Source of the DNA: a virus
Taxonomy: Duplodnaviria; Caudoviricetes
IMG/VR virus record: IMGVR_UViG_3300044633_001359
Coordinates: 1-30,386 of that record
Direction: 5' to 3' (one strand)
DNA: 30,386 bases
Positions 28,214-30,386 of this stretch are shown piece by piece. Every line of letters begins with the position of its first letter. The first letter of the stretch is position 1. Below the pieces are notes generated by a model. That model was not told where the DNA came from. It saw nothing but the letters and a program-made list of their open reading frames with translations, and searched no databases. A program made the position numbers and the translations under genes.

Positions 28214-29062
28214 TTAGAATGGTAATTCTGAGTCAGTTTCGTCGTTAGCCTGTGGGTCAACAGACGGTGTAGATTTACCACCACCAATAGATGTTGTTGA
28301 TTCGAGGTCGTTTGCATAAACGTATCCACCTTTTTCAGAATCCCACTTTGGAGTTTCTCCACGAGCAATTGCCTCAAGGTAATCAACAGGTTTCTTAGAA
28401 TATACATCCATCCAAGTCAACTCGTCATTAATCCAAGCGTCAGCCTGAGCTTTGTCTTCATGTACAGAAGTTGGGTCATCGTACATGATTGTAGAGATAC
28501 TTGTGTACTCTTTACCCGCAGGTGTTTTAGATTTAGTCAATTCGATGATAAGGTCACGTCCTTTTTCAGGGTCAGTGATATCACCTTTGTTTCTCCAAAT
28601 CGGAATGATTTTATCCAAGATACCATCATTCTTATAGTTGTGTTTAAATCTCCAAAATTTAACCCCATCTTCCTCGTTATCACGGTCGATAACTTTAACG
28701 ATGTAAAATTTACGAGACTTGTATTGTTTTGCCAATTCTTTGTCCGATTCTTTACCCGTAGACATCAACTCTTCGTAAACCTCATTCAAAGGTGAACGCT
28801 CGTTGTCATTTTTTCCTGGGTCATAGAATTTGTTCCACTGACCACCAACTTGAATTTCGTGGTACCATGCTTCTTTGAATGGTGAAGAACCATCATGTGT
28901 TGGGAGGATACGTACTCTACGTTGTCCTGATTTCTCTTTGTCAGAGAGGATACAAGCGAAATACTTTTTCATTCTTTCGTCTTGTGACATTTTACTTTGG
29001 GCCCCGCCCCCTTGTTGTGCTTTTTCGTACTGTGCCAATACGGCGTCTAATGAACTCATCAT
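28214..29062 (-). CDS. Single-stranded DNA-binding protein, T4 gp32-like
   Basis: RVRILP...PFKEAWYH, KFYIVKVIDR...GVKFWRF, DITDPEKGRDLII, acidic tail DETDSELPF. First gene of the replication module. Confidence 0.8.
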   Translation of the reverse strand: MMSSLDAVLAQYEKAQQGGGAQSKMSQDERMKKYFACILSDKEKSGQRRVRILPTHDGSSPFKEAWYHEIQVGGQWNKFYDPGKNDNERSPLNEVYEELMSTGKESDKELAKQYKSRKFYIVKVIDRDNEEDGVKFWRFKHNYKNDGILDKIIPIWRNKGDITDPEKGRDLIIELTKSKTPAGKEYTSISTIMYDDPTSVHEDKAQADAWINDELTWMDVYSKKPVDYLEAIARGETPKWDSEKGGYVYANDLESTTSIGGGKSTPSVDPQANDETDSELPF

Positions 29063-29092
29063 GTTTTATATATTTAAGTTTAATTTGTCTTA

Positions 29093-29124
29093 CAAATATA
29101 GTCTAGTTTTCCCACTTTGTCAAA
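29093..29124 (-). promoter_or_regulatory. Bacteroidota housekeeping-type promoter (-33 TTTG / -7 TAnnTTTG), overlapping a sigma70-like TTGACA-N17-TATATT
   Basis: Minus strand reads TTTG-ACAAAGTGGGAAAACTAGAC(20 nt)-TATATTTG, 30 nt upstream of the SSB start. Confidence 0.75.
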
Positions 29125-29153
29125 TAAAAAAAGGTCACCTTTTGGGTGACCTT
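29125..29153 (-). terminator. Rho-independent terminator after the 234-aa gene
   Basis: Stem AAGGTCACC / GGTGACCTT (29131-29139 with 29145-29153) followed by a T-run on the minus strand. Confidence 0.8.
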
Positions 29154-29172
29154 ACATTATTTGTTGTGTTTG

Positions 29173-29877
29173 TTATTTGTATTTGAACTCGTCCTCAAAT
29201 CCATTACCTTGGAAAGAATTCTTAATGTCATTAACATTGATGTCAGTCACGTCATCAGGTGTTAAAACATAATCATTTTTTCCCGTCTTTTCCATCTCTT
29301 CTGATTTGTCATCAAAAAATTGTGATAATTTTTGACTATAAGGATATGAATCATACGTTCTTAACTCCAATTTTTCTTGTGGAGTTTTTTCACGATACTT
29401 TTCGATTTTGTTTTCAAGAGCGTTTAACTTATTCATAATTGAATCCATCTCACCCAATCTTGATTCCAATTTGTTTAATTGACCAAACAAATTATCAAAG
29501 TAACTATCTTGTTTTGATTGAATATCTTTCTGAGCGGTAACTAATTCAGTTATGTCTAATTCTTCAGAATCAGTTTCTTCTCCACCTTTTTCTTCTGAGT
29601 TACCCTCATCATCAATTTTTTCAACGTCAGGGTCATTCTCCACATCAATAGGTTCAGGAGCCGCTCCTGCTTCAGGTGCTGGTGGAGCCGCCGCATCACC
29701 TGGAGGTGGTGGGGGAACTGCCGCTGCATCTGCAGGTGGTGGTGGAGGTGCCGCGCCCGCATCAGGTGCTAACGCCGCTAAATCATCCGCAGCTGGCTCG
29801 GTAGCCTGTTCTAAAATATATTTGTTGATACTTCTGTATCTTTCAATTTCACTTAAAATTTTTCTGTCTATACTCAT
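29173..29877 (-). CDS. Acidic Pro/Ala-rich protein with coiled coil; possible internal-head/scaffold-type protein
   Basis: 234 aa. N-terminal ILSEIERYRSINKYILEQ, Pro/Ala linker, acidic segment, heptad region LNKLESRLGEMDSIMNKLNALENKIEK. Confidence 0.6.
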   Translation of the reverse strand: MSIDRKILSEIERYRSINKYILEQATEPAADDLAALAPDAGAAPPPPPADAAAVPPPPPGDAAAPPAPEAGAAPEPIDVENDPDVEKIDDEGNSEEKGGEETDSEELDITELVTAQKDIQSKQDSYFDNLFGQLNKLESRLGEMDSIMNKLNALENKIEKYREKTPQEKLELRTYDSYPYSQKLSQFFDDKSEEMEKTGKNDYVLTPDDVTDINVNDIKNSFQGNGFEDEFKYK

Positions 29878-29881
29878 TTTG

Positions 29882-30106
29882 TTAACCGTTTAACAATTGC
29901 TTTATACCTTTAGATGTTTCAACTCTAACTTTTCTGTTGGCAGTTGTTTGGTGTCCAGCTCTTTCAATAAGACCATCTCTTTCTCTTACAGTATAACAAT
30001 CTCCTGTATCCAAGTCACAAACTTGTTTAGTTCCGTCACCATTATCTTCTTGTGAAAATCTTGTAGATTTACCAAGGTAGTTGTCTAATGCTGTTTTAAT
30101 GTCCAT
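29882..30106 (-). CDS. Small hypothetical protein with CDLDTGDC motif
   Basis: 74-aa ORF, 4 nt from the next gene, preceded by a TATTTATA motif. Confidence 0.6.
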   Translation of the reverse strand: MDIKTALDNYLGKSTRFSQEDNGDGTKQVCDLDTGDCYTVRERDGLIERAGHQTTANRKVRVETSKGIKQLLNG

Positions 30107-30120
30107 AATTATGTTTCTAT

Positions 30121-30127
30121 ATAAATA
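30121..30127 (-). promoter_or_regulatory. Putative phage late-promoter motif TATTTAT
   Basis: ATATTTATA, 14 nt upstream of ATG 30106. Confidence 0.45.
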
Positions 30128-30144
30128 TATCGTTATTTGTTAAA

Positions 30145-30386
30145 TTATAGAGTGAATCCAAATTGGAAGAATTGTGTTGCCGTACTATTTTCATTTGGTT
30201 GTTGTATTTTTCTGGCACTTATTTTCAAAGTACAAAGTACTTTACTAGTACCCTCTGGAATATCAATACCTTCATTATCAAAATAAAATAACACATCTTC
30301 GGCGTTTAATATATATGTAGTTTCATTATTAAAGAAATTATCCATATAACTAGAAGGTATTGTTCCTTCACCTAAAATAACTTGAA
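30145..30386 (-). CDS. C-terminal end of a hypothetical protein (5'-partial)
   Basis: The frame stays open upstream of the track's ATG (30345) to the window edge (...QVILGEGTIPSSYMDNFF...), so the real start is probably outside the window. Confidence 0.6.
   Translation of the reverse strand, partial: QVILGEGTIPSSYMDNFFNNETTYILNAEDVLFYFDNEGIDIPEGTSKVLCTLKISARKIQQPNENSTATQFFQFGFTL

Noticed and set aside
29063-29092. T4 gene 32-style autoregulatory leader (pseudoknot plus unstructured AU tract)
   Set aside because: The leader is short and AU-rich like the other leaders here, and no pseudoknot is evident.
1866-29893. Short plus-strand and alternative-frame ORFs in the track (e.g. 1866-2129, 24006-24389, 27852-28166, 28460-28795, 29552-29893)
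   Set aside because: They lie over longer, motif-bearing minus-strand genes, have no recognisable motifs, and are the expected antisense or shadow frames.
30145-30345. Stand-alone 66-aa gene
   Set aside because: The frame is open to the window edge, so it is more likely the tail of a longer gene.
1-30386. Stop-codon reassignment (seen in some large Bacteroidota phages)
   Set aside because: All conserved genes are full length in the standard code, and TAA, TGA (3490, 25432) and TAG (26919) all end genes at sensible positions.

Overview
This is an AT-rich, densely coding segment of a large contractile-tailed (myovirus-type) dsDNA phage genome, with every credible gene on the minus strand. Reading in the direction of transcription (right to left): two small hypothetical genes and a Pro/Ala-rich acidic protein. 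Then a replication/recombination/nucleotide module: gp32-like SSB, small GIGEH protein, RecA/UvsX, 5'-3' exonuclease, hypothetical, DnaB-like helicase, nrdB, nrdA. After a terminator comes a ~20 kb baseplate/appendage module: gp25, gp6, a 1661-aa protein with a hydrophobic hairpin, several hypotheticals (one with a PKD-like domain), a gp7/P2-gpI-like wedge protein, a protein with seven SprB-like repeats, a mini SprB-like protein, a Thr/Pro stalk protein, and a proline-free Gly-X-Y fibre protein that runs off the left edge and is missing from the ORF track. A Bacteroidota host is inferred from a TTTG-N20-TAnnTTTG promoter, the lack of obvious Shine-Dalgarno sites and the SprB-like repeats. The best candidate for an undescribed system is a baseplate-anchored adhesin appendage built from host-gliding-adhesin-like repeats, where the SprB-repeat protein and the wedge protein seem to share a C-terminal docking domain. 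All family assignments come from reading motifs by eye. No searches were run.
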